NCBI GenBank assembly: GCA_001782235.1
Contig: MFOC01000004.1
Location: 32,945 to 96,944, forward strand
DNA from: Candidatus Levybacteria bacterium RIFCSPHIGHO2_02_FULL_40_18
GTDB taxonomy: Bacteria > Patescibacteriota > Microgenomatia > Levybacterales > GWA1-39-11
Length of the DNA: 64,000 nt
Reading direction: 5' to 3'
The notes beneath the pieces are model-generated. The model was not told the DNA's origin and ran no database searches. It was given only the letters and a program-made list of their open reading frames with translations. Both the position numbers and the translations under genes were made by a program. Within the stretch, counting starts at the first letter, position 1; each line of letters begins with the position of its first letter. This document shows positions 46,717-56,889 of the stretch, one piece after another.

Positions 46717-47403
46717 ATGAAAAATGAGGCTATGAATAACCGTGAAACACGCGAACAGGAACCAATAAGGACGAATTGGGTTGTTATAACAGGCCCACCT
46801 AGTTCGGGGAAAACAACGACACTCAAGGATTTAATGGAGAAACTGCAAGCTCAGAATTACTCTCAGGTTGAAGAGCAGGCAAGAAAGCTTATAGAGGAGG
46901 ATAAAAAAAGAGGAGTGCAAAGATTTGGAGATAGGACTTATGAAATCAATCTTAATAATAGAGTTTTGTCGGAAAGAGAAAGAATTGAAGCTTCTTTGCC
47001 GAAGGATTCCAGCATACTAATGGACAGGGGAACGCCCGATGTAGTTTCCTACATGAGATATTACGACCAGAATGAACAAGCTGCTATCGAAGCGTCCAAA
47101 AAATTCAGATACGCCAAGGTTTTTTATCTTGAGCCGCTTGTTTCGTACGAGCAGGACGTAACAAGAGTAGAGAATCCCGAGTTTGCAAAATGGATGCACG
47201 AGAATTTACCAAAAGTATATGAGGAGTTGGGGTATGAGATTGTTCGGGTACCTGTTTTTCCATATAGTGAGAGAACTTACGAATCAGAAGAAGAGAAGAG
47301 AAAAGACTCGCTAGGCCAGCGGTCAAAATTTATTATGGAGAAAATAAGTGAAGGCCTCCGGCCCTTGAGGGCCTCTGGCCCGGAGGGAGGTGGGAGAGAA
47401 TGA
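46717..47403 (+). CDS. P-loop NTPase (AAA_28-like predicted ATPase/kinase) with a GC-repeat-encoded C-terminal tail
   Basis: Walker A VVITGPPSSGKTT and Walker B-like ILMDRG. The last ~17 aa (EGLRPLRASGPEGGGRE) are encoded by the GC-rich repeat. Confidence 0.55.
   Translation: MKNEAMNNRETREQEPIRTNWVVITGPPSSGKTTTLKDLMEKLQAQNYSQVEEQARKLIEEDKKRGVQRFGDRTYEINLNNRVLSERERIEASLPKDSSILMDRGTPDVVSYMRYYDQNEQAAIEASKKFRYAKVFYLEPLVSYEQDVTRVENPEFAKWMHENLPKVYEELGYEIVRVPVFPYSERTYESEEEKRKDSLGQRSKFIMEKISEGLRPLRASGPEGGGRE
47353..47398. repeat. GC-rich palindromic short repeat at the 3' end of the ORF 46717..47403
   Basis: gaaggcctccggcccttgagggcctctggcccggagggaggtggg. Confidence 0.5.
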
Positions 47404-47669
47404 TTAAAACTATACCTTTTGCAAACGCAGCCGCAATGGTTGCGGTTGGATTCTCTATAGTTTGCTGGGTATTGACATTGGTTGTGCCCGATTTTGCTTT
47501 TGGGATCGCCGCTTCCTGGTTCCATATGATTAATTTGGATGCTGTTAGAATGGAGAGTACCTCGACTTTTGGAGAAGCACTTACGGGGTTTGTATCTTTG
47601 GGAATAGTGGTTTGGGTTTCTACATACGTATTTATGGAATGCTACAATTATTTTGCCAAAGGCAAATGA
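47400..47669 (+). CDS. Small membrane protein (paralog of 57381..57647)
   Basis: 89 aa with 2-3 TM helices. It shares the pattern MIK.IP.A.A ... PD..F..A.S.FH.I.L ... W...Y.F with 57381..57647. Confidence 0.4.
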   Translation: MIKTIPFANAAAMVAVGFSIVCWVLTLVVPDFAFGIAASWFHMINLDAVRMESTSTFGEALTGFVSLGIVVWVSTYVFMECYNYFAKGK

Positions 47670-47720
47670 GAACTTGACAACGCATCCTAAAATGGGGTAT
47701 TATATCCCCCATAGGGGGAT

Positions 47721-48224
47721 ATGGAGAAGAAGTTTTTATTAATAATCGCGCTTGTTACGGCCGTAGTTTTATCCGGCGGAGTTTTTTTGTTTTCAAATTC
47801 GGGAGGTAGTGCTGCCAGAATCGAAAAGACATTAGGGGCTCAAATTCAGATTCCTCACAAAAACTTTGATTTTAAAGATATTAAATATAATGGTGGAAAC
47901 GTAACGCACGCGTTTCCTATAAAAAATAACGGCTCCAAAGAATTGGTTCTAGCAAATCTTTCTACGTCTTGTATGTGTACCCAGGTTTATCTAAAAAAAG
48001 GAGATGAAAAAAGCCCCAGTTTCGGAATGAAGGGGCACTCGGCCGCTTCCGATTGGAAGGGTGTTTTAATGCCCAAAGAAGAAGCAGAAGTAATTGTTGT
48101 TTTTGACCCAACCGCCCACGGGCCACAAGGGATAGGTCCGGTTGAACGATTTGTTAGTGCCGAAACAAATGATCCAGATAATCCCTATGTAGAATTTGCT
48201 TTTAACGGGGTGGTTGTTAAATGA
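47721..48224 (+). CDS. DUF1573-domain protein (membrane-anchored, CxC motif)
   Basis: HKNFDFKDIKYNGGNVTHAFPIKNNGSKELVLANLSTSCMCT is the canonical DUF1573 signature. Confidence 0.7.
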   Translation: MEKKFLLIIALVTAVVLSGGVFLFSNSGGSAARIEKTLGAQIQIPHKNFDFKDIKYNGGNVTHAFPIKNNGSKELVLANLSTSCMCTQVYLKKGDEKSPSFGMKGHSAASDWKGVLMPKEEAEVIVVFDPTAHGPQGIGPVERFVSAETNDPDNPYVEFAFNGVVVK

Positions 48225-49162
48225 AATCAGGCTCACTGAAGAAGTTATTTAGGTTCACTAAATCCATTAAGAAAAAGAAATTTTCTGCTCTCCTATTAGT
48301 AATTTCGATTCTTACGTCTTACATTTTTGGCGTTCTCTCTTTTTTTATTTTAGAGAAGACGATTATTCAAGAAGATGTAGTGTATGAGCAAGGTGTTAAT
48401 CTTTCAGAGATCCAGGCAAAAGTGCTTCCTCAAAAAGGATATAAAGTAAAAATAAAATGGTCTGATCTTGGGAAAAAAATGATTGAAGACGGAGTGATCG
48501 ATGAGCAAAAATTGGCAAAAGCCGTTTTTGGGAAAGATGAAATCCCTCAAGCTTTTAAAAAATACCTTGATGGATCAAAACAAAAAGAGATAATTGTAGA
48601 CCAAACAACGGCCCAGTTTTGGGTAGATCTATTTTGGGGTTTGGGTCTTGCAAATAAAAACCCGATTCTTGAAAGTGGGCCTATGGCAGAAGGCGGAAAC
48701 ACCGCAAATTATGCTTCAACCGGCGGCTGGACTTTGGGGAAGCAAGACGTAATGAATTATTATAGCAAATTTTCCTACGTTCAGCTTTCTGCCGAGCAAC
48801 AAAAAATAGTTCAAGAGATTGCAGATAATGTTTACCGACCATGTTGCGGAAACCCAACGTCATTTCCAGACTGCAATCACGGCATGGCGGCCCTTGCGGT
48901 AATAGAGCTTTTAGTGTCGCAAGGAAAATCAAAAAAAGATATATACAAAGACCTTCTTACGCTTAATTCCTATTGGTTTCCGCAAACTTATCTTGATATC
49001 GCATATCATTTTGAAAAAGCGGGTAGAGATTATGCAAAAGTACCGGCAGAACAGATCCTGTCCAAAACCTTTTCAAGCGCTATGGGCTACTCGGCTATAA
49101 AGCGAGAAATAGGACAAATTGCATGGCCGGCTTTAGGAGGTGCCGGTAGCTGTGGTGCCTAG
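48221..49162 (+). CDS. Hypothetical membrane-anchored protein with C-terminal Cys cluster
   Basis: N-terminal TM helix. The C-terminal region has CCGNPTSFPDCNHG. Function unknown. Confidence 0.4.
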   Translation: MKSGSLKKLFRFTKSIKKKKFSALLLVISILTSYIFGVLSFFILEKTIIQEDVVYEQGVNLSEIQAKVLPQKGYKVKIKWSDLGKKMIEDGVIDEQKLAKAVFGKDEIPQAFKKYLDGSKQKEIIVDQTTAQFWVDLFWGLGLANKNPILESGPMAEGGNTANYASTGGWTLGKQDVMNYYSKFSYVQLSAEQQKIVQEIADNVYRPCCGNPTSFPDCNHGMAALAVIELLVSQGKSKKDIYKDLLTLNSYWFPQTYLDIAYHFEKAGRDYAKVPAEQILSKTFSSAMGYSAIKREIGQIAWPALGGAGSCGA

Positions 49163-49175
49163 CTAATAAATTTTT

Positions 49176-50027
49176 ATGGAACTTATTTTCCAGACCTCGC
49201 TTATTGCCTCCTTTGTAGCCGGGATGGTTGCGCTTTTTGCGCCTTGTTGTATCACTTTTTTACTCCCTGCATATCTAGGTAGCGTTTTTAAAGAAAAAGA
49301 AAAAATCCTCTTGATGACTTTGATTTTCGGCCTTGGAATTGCCGTAACTTTGCTCCCTGCGGTATTAGGCGTTGCAATTATTTCAAAACTTTTATTCCGA
49401 TATCATAATATCATCTATATAATCGGCGGATTAGTTCTTGTCGCAGTTTCACTTATTACTTTTCTTGGAATAAAATCTCCGTTTATGGTAAGTCTTGGGG
49501 GAAGAACACAGGGAAGAACAGACCCCTTATCAATTTTTATTCTGGGAATATTTTCAGGAATTACAAGCGCGTGCTGCGCCCCGGTTCTTGTCGGAATTTT
49601 GGCATTTGCTCTAATCTCGCCAAGTTTCTGGGGATCAATCGTTGTTGGCGCAATGTATGTTTTGGGCATGGTTACTCCTCTTCTTATCATCTCTCTTTTC
49701 CTTTCAAATAAGGTCGATAAATTAATGCTTTTAAAAAAGCCGGTTATCGGCTTTAGTTTGTTTCGAAAGCGGTACGATGTTATTCTAAGCAACTTTATTG
49801 CAGCGGCCATATTTTTGGTAACCGGTATTGCAACGCTTATTTTGACAGTAACCGGCAATCTTTCCATGCAAAAGACACAAGATTTTAGCACGATGATCAT
49901 GAATACTGGTGGTTTTGTAAACAAATATGTTGGCGCAAATATATTTCTAAACTTATTATTTCTCATAGTAATCGCGTTTTTAATTTTTAAAATTGTAAGG
50001 AGGGCAGAAAATGGAAGAAAAGACTAG
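49176..50027 (+). CDS. DsbD_2/CcdA-like thiol-disulfide transmembrane electron-transfer protein
   Basis: N-terminal FAPCCITFLLPAYL Cys pair in TM1, a second Cys pair (TSACCAPVL) in a later TM, and 6+ TM helices. Paralog of 54489..55361. Confidence 0.65.
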   Translation: MELIFQTSLIASFVAGMVALFAPCCITFLLPAYLGSVFKEKEKILLMTLIFGLGIAVTLLPAVLGVAIISKLLFRYHNIIYIIGGLVLVAVSLITFLGIKSPFMVSLGGRTQGRTDPLSIFILGIFSGITSACCAPVLVGILAFALISPSFWGSIVVGAMYVLGMVTPLLIISLFLSNKVDKLMLLKKPVIGFSLFRKRYDVILSNFIAAAIFLVTGIATLILTVTGNLSMQKTQDFSTMIMNTGGFVNKYVGANIFLNLLFLIVIAFLIFKIVRRAENGRKD

Positions 50028-50445
50028 GGCGGTGATCATAGGGCTTTTAGGAGCGTTAATTCTCCTTGCTGTTTATTTTTCAATTATTACTTTAATCTCG
50101 GGGTGGGCGTTTGCATGGAGTCAATTTACATCCTTTTGGTACTTTATTTTAGCTCTGTCTCTAGGTTTTGGTATCCAAGTCGGGCTTTATGTTTTCCTTC
50201 AGGCAAAAATTAAGAATAATGCCGGTTCGAAAAAAATAGTTGCTGCGACGGGTGGAACATCGGGAGCCGCCATGATATCCTGCTGTTCTCATTATCTTGT
50301 AAATATCCTTCCGATCATCGGAATAAGCGGGGTCGCAAGCTTAATAGGGCAGTATCAAAAAGAGCTTTTTTGGGTGGCGATTGGCTTAAATATTATGGGA
50401 ATTTTGTTTATCGGAAACAGGGTTAGAAAGGTAGTTGCTGTATGA
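50011..50445 (+). CDS. Small polytopic membrane protein with intramembrane Cys pair (ISCCSHY)
   Basis: 4 TM helices. Organisation is similar to 56873..57379 (GSGCVVVCS). It is translationally coupled to the preceding DsbD-like gene. Confidence 0.4.
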   Translation: MEEKTRAVIIGLLGALILLAVYFSIITLISGWAFAWSQFTSFWYFILALSLGFGIQVGLYVFLQAKIKNNAGSKKIVAATGGTSGAAMISCCSHYLVNILPIIGISGVASLIGQYQKELFWVAIGLNIMGILFIGNRVRKVVAV

Positions 50446-50870
50446 AAAATCTATTTTTTTTATTCGGATTTTTGGTTTTATTAGTGGTTCTTTCGCTCGT
50501 TTCTTCGGCCTCATCCACCCCCGTTCCGACAAAACAGGTTTCTCAAAACACTCTTGCGACAAAGACTGATTCTCGCGGAGAAGTAACTGTTGAGGCAACC
50601 CCAAAAAACATTCAGGAAGATGTGTTTGAATTTGAGATTGTTATGGATACTCATTCTGTAGCGCTTGATCAGGATATGGCTGCCGTTTCAAAATTAATCG
50701 ACGATAGGGGTAGCGAGTACAAACCTACCTTATGGAAGGGAGACGGGCCAGGAGGCCATCACAGGAGCGGGATATTGCGGTTTGAGAGAATTGCCCAAAA
50801 GCCAAAGTCAATAAAACTTATAATAGGCAGCATTGGAGGGGCTGAAAGGAATTTTTCCTGGGATTTATGA
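50442..50870 (+). CDS. Secreted hypothetical protein
   Basis: Signal peptide. No motif. Confidence 0.35.
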   Translation: MKNLFFLFGFLVLLVVLSLVSSASSTPVPTKQVSQNTLATKTDSRGEVTVEATPKNIQEDVFEFEIVMDTHSVALDQDMAAVSKLIDDRGSEYKPTLWKGDGPGGHHRSGILRFERIAQKPKSIKLIIGSIGGAERNFSWDL

Positions 50871-51142
50871 ATATACATAGAGCAAGCGACCCACAAAAAA
50901 GAATTCTTCACCGCCTAAAAATTTCTCGCGGACATCTTGAAAAAGTTATTAGAATGATTGAGGATGATACTTACTGCATTGATGTTCTTCATCAGCTTCA
51001 GGCTGTTGAAAGCGGGCTCAGAGAAACAGGGCATGTGGTTTTAGAAAACCATCTTAAAAGTTGCGTAGCTGATGCCATAGGAAAAGGAAAAAAAGACGAA
51101 GCAATCTCAGAAATAATGCAAGTTTTTAAGAGAGGGGGGTGA
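50867..51142 (+). CDS. csoR: CsoR/RcnR-family metal-sensing transcriptional repressor
   Basis: RLKISRGHLEKVIRMIEDDTYCIDVLHQLQAVESGLRETGHVVLENHLKSCV has the family's C-H-C metal ligand positions (x-Y-C-I-D, H, C). Confidence 0.8.
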   Translation: MNIHRASDPQKRILHRLKISRGHLEKVIRMIEDDTYCIDVLHQLQAVESGLRETGHVVLENHLKSCVADAIGKGKKDEAISEIMQVFKRGG

Positions 51143-51148
51143 TTACTA

Positions 51149-51574
51149 GTGAATCAAAAAGAAATGTTATACGGAATAATTGGTTTAGTTTCAGGAATTT
51201 TACTTACTATTTTATTCACGACAAGTGTTGTCAATTCGAACAACACAGGGATGATGCGCGTGATGGGAATGAGAACTGACAGAATGATGGATGATGATAA
51301 GATGATGTCACGTGAAGACATGATGGGAGACCACGATGAGGATATGAGCATGGATGATATGGTAAATTCACTTAAAGGTAAAACAGGAGACGATTTTGAC
51401 AAAGCCTTTATAACAGGAATGATCGAGCATCATCAGGGAGCAATCGATATGGCAAATTTAGCACGGCAATACGCAGGGCGCGAAGAGATCAAAAATCTTG
51501 CTAACGATATAGTTTCAGCACAAACCAGCGAAATTGAGATGATGCTTGAATGGCAAAAAGCGTGGGGATATTAA
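51149..51574 (+). CDS. DUF305-domain protein with Met/Asp-rich N-terminal region
   Basis: FDKAFITGMIEHHQGAIDMA ... SAQTSEIEMMLEWQKAWGY (DUF305), preceded by MMRVMGMRTDRMMDDDKMMSREDMMGDHDEDMSMDDM. Confidence 0.75.
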   Translation: MNQKEMLYGIIGLVSGILLTILFTTSVVNSNNTGMMRVMGMRTDRMMDDDKMMSREDMMGDHDEDMSMDDMVNSLKGKTGDDFDKAFITGMIEHHQGAIDMANLARQYAGREEIKNLANDIVSAQTSEIEMMLEWQKAWGY

Positions 51575-51736
51575 TTAAATGCTTAGACTAATTCTCTCAA
51601 GAAAAATTATTTTTCCTGCAACAGTTGTTGCCACGGTTTTCTTATTGATTATTTCCTATTCAATATACGTTGTCTCAACTGGCAGAAGTTTGGAATTTGT
51701 CTGACGGTTGTGGCGGAGAAGGAGATCATGTAAATC

Positions 51737-52237
51737 ATGGCTAGTCTTAGTTCAGAAACAAAAATTATTGGAGGGATTGGAATTTTAACGTTCGTAGTTC
51801 TTGTTGGTGGAATTTTCTTTCTTTCTCTGGGTCAATCACAAACTCAAACCCAAGAATCAAATGTCCCGGAGGATCAGATTATTTCAAGAACAAGTCTTCA
51901 TTGGCACCCAAGGCTTGATATTTATATAAAAGGCGAGAAACAAGAAATTCCTACAAATATTGGAATCGGGGCTGTTCATCAGGAAATTCATACTCATGAT
52001 GAGGACGCAAAAGATGGAGTATTACACATGGAAATGGCAGGACTCGTGACGCGCGACGAAACAGAACTCGGAAGATTTTTTAAGATTTGGGGTAAGGAAT
52101 TTTCAAAAGACCAAATTTTCGAATATAAAACAGGGTCTGAAGGCAAAGTGAAAATGTTTGTGAATGGTAAAGAAAATAACGACTTTGAAAAATATCAAAT
52201 GAAAGATGGCGACAAAATAGAAATAAAATATGAATAA
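51737..52237 (+). CDS. Membrane-anchored hypothetical protein with His-rich motifs
   Basis: HWHPRLDIYIKG ... HQEIHTHDEDAKDGVLHME. Confidence 0.35.
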   Translation: MASLSSETKIIGGIGILTFVVLVGGIFFLSLGQSQTQTQESNVPEDQIISRTSLHWHPRLDIYIKGEKQEIPTNIGIGAVHQEIHTHDEDAKDGVLHMEMAGLVTRDETELGRFFKIWGKEFSKDQIFEYKTGSEGKVKMFVNGKENNDFEKYQMKDGDKIEIKYE

Positions 52238-54443
52238 AGACTACACATGTCCAATGCATCCGGAGGTTGTTTCGGATAAACCCGGAAGGTGCCCCAAATG
52301 CGGAATGGCGCTTGTCGAACGCGCGGAGCATGGTTCGATGGAACATGATGAGCACATGAGACATGACATGAAACCGGTCGATAAAATGTCGTTTTGGGAA
52401 AAGTTTAAGATGAGCATGACGATGACGATGGGAATGGAGCACGGAGGTATGGCGGGACGCGAGATGGCGCGCCTCATGGAGCTTGATATTAAGAATAAGT
52501 TCTTTTTCTCGCTAATTATTTCAATCCCTATAATTGCTTATTCCCCGTTTGTAATTGAATTTCTAAAACTGCGATTACCGTCTCCGATCCCTGTCGCTTG
52601 GCTTTTATTCTTCTTAACGACTCCCGTCTTTTTTTACTCAGGCTGGATATTTCTGTATTCAAGCTATAAAGCGCTGCAAAAAAGGAGTTTAAATATGGCA
52701 GTTTTGATAGCTGTCGGCATAACGGCCGCATATGTATTTAGTGTAGTTTTGACAATTCTTGGATCAAGCGATTCATATTATGAAGCGGCGGCGCTTCTTA
52801 TCACGTTTGTTTTATTTGGGCATTGGATGGAAATGAAATCAAGAAGAGGCACGACAGATGCGCTACAAGCATTGTTTGCTCTTGTTCCACCACAAGCAAG
52901 AGTAATTCGAAATGGAAAAGAGGAGCTTATACCAACATCAGAGGTAAAGGTTGGAGACACCGTGGTCTTAAAACCCGGAGACAAGGTAGCGGTTGACGGA
53001 GAAATAAGCGATGGGGAAACCGCTATTGATGAGTCTTTAGTGACCGGAGAATCAATTCCGGTTGCAAAGAAAAAAGGCGATGCCGTAATTGGCGGCTCGA
53101 TCAATACATCTGGTTCGGTCAAGTTTCGCGCTACAAAAATAGGGGAGGATACGGCTTTAGCGCAAATCGTAAAGTTAGTTGAAATTGCCCAGAGCTCAAA
53201 AGCTCCTGGACAAAAAATTGCCGATCGATTTGCTCAGTACCTTGTTGTTGTCGCGGTTGGCGGAGGATTACTTACGTTTGGAGTTTGGTTTTTTATTATT
53301 GGTCAGCCGTTATTATTTGCTTTAACCTTTGCAATTTCAACAGTAGTTATTGCTTGTCCCGATGCCTTAGGACTTGCAACCCCGACAGCCGTTGCTGTAG
53401 GCACGGGTTTAGGAGCAAAGCATAATATTTTAATAAAAGACGCACCCACACTTGAACAGGTCTCAAAAATTCAGGCGGTAGTTCTGGATAAAACCGGAAC
53501 ATTAACCGAAGGCAAACCTAAAATTACAGATGTTGTTGCCGCCGCGGGTTTCGATGATGATGAGATTATCAAACTGGACGCCGCGGCCGAAGCAAAATCT
53601 TCCCACCCCCTAAGCCAGGCGGTAATGGATGAAGCAAAGAAAAGAAAAATCAGGGTCCCGACAAAAGTCGAAAAATTTAAAAATCTTGCAGGGTACGGTG
53701 TTGAGGCAGTGGTCGATAATAAGCATGTTTTGGTTGGTACTTTAAAACTTATGAGAAATAGAAAAGTAGATATAAGTTCGATACAAAAGCAAATAGATCA
53801 ACTGTTAAGCGATGGAAAAACCATTATGGTTTTGGCAGTTGATGGAAAAGTTGCGGGAGTTGCAGGAGCTCAGGATCCCATTAAGGAGAATGCAAGAAAG
53901 GCAATTGATGCTATGCGAACGTTAGGTTTAGAGGTTGCAATGATTACGGGAGACAACCAAAAAACCGCTGATTCAATTGCAAAGAAGATTGGCATAGAAC
54001 GCGTGTTCGCTGAGGTTCTTCCGGAAGATAAGGCAAAATATGTTAAGAAGCTTCAAGATGAAGGCAAGTTCGTCGCGATGGTTGGAGACGGCGTTAATGA
54101 CGCTCCGGCTCTGGCACAGGCGGATATCGGAATTGCAATAGGCGCTGGTACTGATGTCGCGATTGAAACCGCGAAAGTGGTTTTGATGAAGTCGGACCCG
54201 GCAGACGTTTTGCGAGCTATAAAACTTTCAAAAGCAACCGTTACAAAGATGAAGCAAAATCTTTTCTGGGCTTCGATCTACAATCTTTTAGCGATTCCTG
54301 TAGCCGCTGGAGTTTTATATCCGAGTTTTCAAATCTCCCTTCGTCCTGAGATTTCAGCTTTGCTTATGAGTATCTCATCGATTATTGTCGCAACAAATGC
54401 AGTACTTTTAAATCGCGCCGAAAAGGATCTAATTTCTGTTTGA
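52230..54443 (+). CDS. copA: Copper-translocating P1B-type ATPase (CopA-like) with unusual CPD transmembrane motif
   Basis: N-terminal CPMHPE ... CPKCGM metal-binding module. Met/His-rich linker. TGE, DKTGTLT, MVGDGVNDAPAL and YN ... MSISS are present. The TM6 motif reads IACPDALGLATP instead of CPC. Confidence 0.88.
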   Translation: MNKDYTCPMHPEVVSDKPGRCPKCGMALVERAEHGSMEHDEHMRHDMKPVDKMSFWEKFKMSMTMTMGMEHGGMAGREMARLMELDIKNKFFFSLIISIPIIAYSPFVIEFLKLRLPSPIPVAWLLFFLTTPVFFYSGWIFLYSSYKALQKRSLNMAVLIAVGITAAYVFSVVLTILGSSDSYYEAAALLITFVLFGHWMEMKSRRGTTDALQALFALVPPQARVIRNGKEELIPTSEVKVGDTVVLKPGDKVAVDGEISDGETAIDESLVTGESIPVAKKKGDAVIGGSINTSGSVKFRATKIGEDTALAQIVKLVEIAQSSKAPGQKIADRFAQYLVVVAVGGGLLTFGVWFFIIGQPLLFALTFAISTVVIACPDALGLATPTAVAVGTGLGAKHNILIKDAPTLEQVSKIQAVVLDKTGTLTEGKPKITDVVAAAGFDDDEIIKLDAAAEAKSSHPLSQAVMDEAKKRKIRVPTKVEKFKNLAGYGVEAVVDNKHVLVGTLKLMRNRKVDISSIQKQIDQLLSDGKTIMVLAVDGKVAGVAGAQDPIKENARKAIDAMRTLGLEVAMITGDNQKTADSIAKKIGIERVFAEVLPEDKAKYVKKLQDEGKFVAMVGDGVNDAPALAQADIGIAIGAGTDVAIETAKVVLMKSDPADVLRAIKLSKATVTKMKQNLFWASIYNLLAIPVAAGVLYPSFQISLRPEISALLMSISSIIVATNAVLLNRAEKDLISV

Positions 54444-54488
54444 TCTGGATCATGCAAATTTTGTGACTTTAATTATTGAAAATAGGAT

Positions 54489-55361
54489 ATGGACCCACTT
54501 ATAGGAGCATCTTTTACGGCATCTTTTTTTGCGGGCGTTGCGGCGCTTTTTGCTCCCTGTTGCATCACTGTTCTTTTGCCGGCCTATTTTGCATCAATTT
54601 TCAAGCAAAAAATTAAAATCTTTTTTATGACATTTGTTTTTTTCCTGGGTCTTCTAACAGTTTTTCTTCCTATAGGGATGGGTGCGTCTTTTATTTCTCA
54701 ATTAGTTAGTCAATATCACAACTTTATTTTTATTCTAGGCGCAGTTTTTTTAATTTTTTTGGGAATACTTCTCTTAACAAGAAGGGCATTTTCTCTTCCC
54801 ATTATGGTACATCCCAAGCTTGAAAACTACGACGTTGCGTCCATATTTGTTCTTGGAATCTTTTCAGGTCTTGCGACGCTCTGCTGCGCGCCGGTTTTGG
54901 CAGGCGTTGTCGCACTATCAATTTTGCCCGGGTCCGTTATTTTTGGAGCAGTTTATACATTAGCTTATGTTTTGGGCATGGTTTTGCCTCTTTTTATTAT
55001 TGCGTACTTCCTTGATAAAACAAATATTATGGAAAAAATATCTATATTTAAGAAAGGCATAAAGTATCGAGCCTTTGGTCAAAACTTTTCAACTTCCCTG
55101 TCAAATATTTTTTCAGGAGCAATGTTCTTAATTTTAGGCTTTGTGATTCTATATTTGGCAAGGACTAATCAATTAACTCAACATTCAAGCTATCAAATAA
55201 CAATAAATGCGACACTTGCAAACTTCACAAAATCGGTTTCGGTCTGGACCGGATTGATCCCCGGATATATTTGGATAGGAGTTTTTGCATTTGTATTTTT
55301 AATAATAATTAAATTAGCAAGAGACGAGTTTGTAAATAAAAAGAAGGGAGGTGGCAAATAA
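54489..55361 (+). CDS. DsbD_2/CcdA-like thiol-disulfide transmembrane protein (second paralog)
   Basis: FAPCCITVLLPAYF plus a second pair, LCCAPVL. Colinear with 49176..50027. Confidence 0.65.
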   Translation: MDPLIGASFTASFFAGVAALFAPCCITVLLPAYFASIFKQKIKIFFMTFVFFLGLLTVFLPIGMGASFISQLVSQYHNFIFILGAVFLIFLGILLLTRRAFSLPIMVHPKLENYDVASIFVLGIFSGLATLCCAPVLAGVVALSILPGSVIFGAVYTLAYVLGMVLPLFIIAYFLDKTNIMEKISIFKKGIKYRAFGQNFSTSLSNIFSGAMFLILGFVILYLARTNQLTQHSSYQITINATLANFTKSVSVWTGLIPGYIWIGVFAFVFLIIIKLARDEFVNKKKGGGK

Positions 55362-55997
55362 ATGAGATTTAAAGAAATTCTAATAGCCGTATTGGTTACG
55401 GCATTTGTCGTATCTCTGTTTTTTAAGATTACTGATGATAAAGTTCAAAAAGCCCCGGCGGCAAAAGGTGGCACATTGAGTCAATCGGCCGACCATCATA
55501 GTGGATCTCCTCAAATTTCAACAGAGGTTTTTGGGAAGCTTCTTGATAAAGAGGCGCCCGATTTTACACTGGAAAACTATGAAGGAAAGAAAGTTAATTT
55601 AAAAAGCCTTAGGGGGAAAAGCGTAATTTTGTTCTTTAGCGAAGGCCTTATGTGTTATCCGGCTTGTTGGGATCAAATTGCAGCTTTTGGAAAAGACCAA
55701 AAACTTAATAACGAGAATACGGTAACACTCACAATAGTTAATGACAGAAGAGCAGACTGGAAGAGTGCTCTTAAAAAAATGCCCGAGCTTGCAACTGCGC
55801 AAGTTTTATTTGATACGGACAGGTCTGCGTCGGTTGCATACGGCGTTTTGAGCCTGCCATCCTCAATGCATAGAGGACAATTAGCGGGTCATACGTACGT
55901 AGTTATTGACAAAGAAGGGATTGTCCGTTTTGTTAAGGATGACCCCCAGATGGCCATAAGAAACCAAGAGTTGTTAGGCGAAGTAAGCAAGTTTTAA
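55362..55997 (+). CDS. Thioredoxin-fold protein (redoxin / SCO1-SenC-like, CxxxC)
   Basis: Membrane anchor, then GKSVILFFSEGLMCYPACW (CxxxC after a beta-strand, as in Sco/TlpA-like proteins). Confidence 0.5.
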   Translation: MRFKEILIAVLVTAFVVSLFFKITDDKVQKAPAAKGGTLSQSADHHSGSPQISTEVFGKLLDKEAPDFTLENYEGKKVNLKSLRGKSVILFFSEGLMCYPACWDQIAAFGKDQKLNNENTVTLTIVNDRRADWKSALKKMPELATAQVLFDTDRSASVAYGVLSLPSSMHRGQLAGHTYVVIDKEGIVRFVKDDPQMAIRNQELLGEVSKF

Positions 55998-56012
55998 GAA
56001 AGGAGTGGATGA

Positions 56013-56195
56013 ATGATTTTTTTTGGATTCAAAAAAAATTCAAAGAAACAAAATAAAGCTAGGGATCCAATCTGCGGTATGAGCGTTGTTTTGGACAACG
56101 CAAAATACTCAACGGTATGGCGCGGAAAAAAATATGCCTTTTGTTCACCGGGATGCAAAGAGGAGTTTGATAAAAACCCTGCCCAGTATGCGTAA
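56013..56195 (+). CDS. YHS-domain metal-binding protein
   Basis: DPICGMSVV ... YAFCSPGCKEEFDKNP is the YHS/TRASH signature. Confidence 0.7.
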   Translation: MIFFGFKKNSKKQNKARDPICGMSVVLDNAKYSTVWRGKKYAFCSPGCKEEFDKNPAQYA

Positions 56196-56889
56196 GATCT
56201 TTATAATATTGCTAATTTTCCTGCCCGTTTTATTGTTGTTTTCTTTTTTGGCAGTTAAAATTTTCAATCCTCAAAAATCTACCCGTTCGTATTTTCCGGA
56301 GCAGGCGATTTCAGTTGACGATGATCCTGTCATGGGTGATAAAAATGCCCCCCTTACATTGATCGAGTTTTCGGACTTTGAATGTGGCAACTGCAGGCTT
56401 TTTTTTCTACAAACCCTCCCGCTTTTAAAAAAGAAATATATTAACACTGGAAAATTAAGGCTTGTTTATCGTGATTTTCCTGTCAAGTCCCATGATCCTT
56501 TGGCAACGCAAGAGGCAATGGCCGCAAACTGCGCAAGAGAGCAAAAAGGAGACGAGGGATATTTTGATTATCATGATGAAATCTTTAATACGACTACTTC
56601 CGGCGGAAGAGGACTTGAGGTGGCTCAACTGTTCTTAATAGCAAGTAATTTAAAGCTTGATCAAATACATTTTAAAGGATGTTTTGAATCGGAGAGATTC
56701 AAAGAGGAAGTTAAAAAGGATTTTTTTGACGGCATGAATAACGGGGTAACAGGTACGCCAACATTTTTTCTTGGATTAACTACACAAGGAGATGCTATAA
56801 AAGGAATTAAAATTTCAGGTGCAATGCCTTTTGCGGCTTTCAAAATAATTATTGAGGAGCTTTTGCAATCCGATGAAACAAATAATTAG
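56189..56889 (+). CDS. DsbA-like thioredoxin-domain protein
   Basis: TM anchor, then EFSDFECGNCRLFF (CxxC) ... C-terminal GTPTFF. The ORF track gives 56086. The probable start is MRKIFII, which overlaps the YHS gene's stop. Confidence 0.7.
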
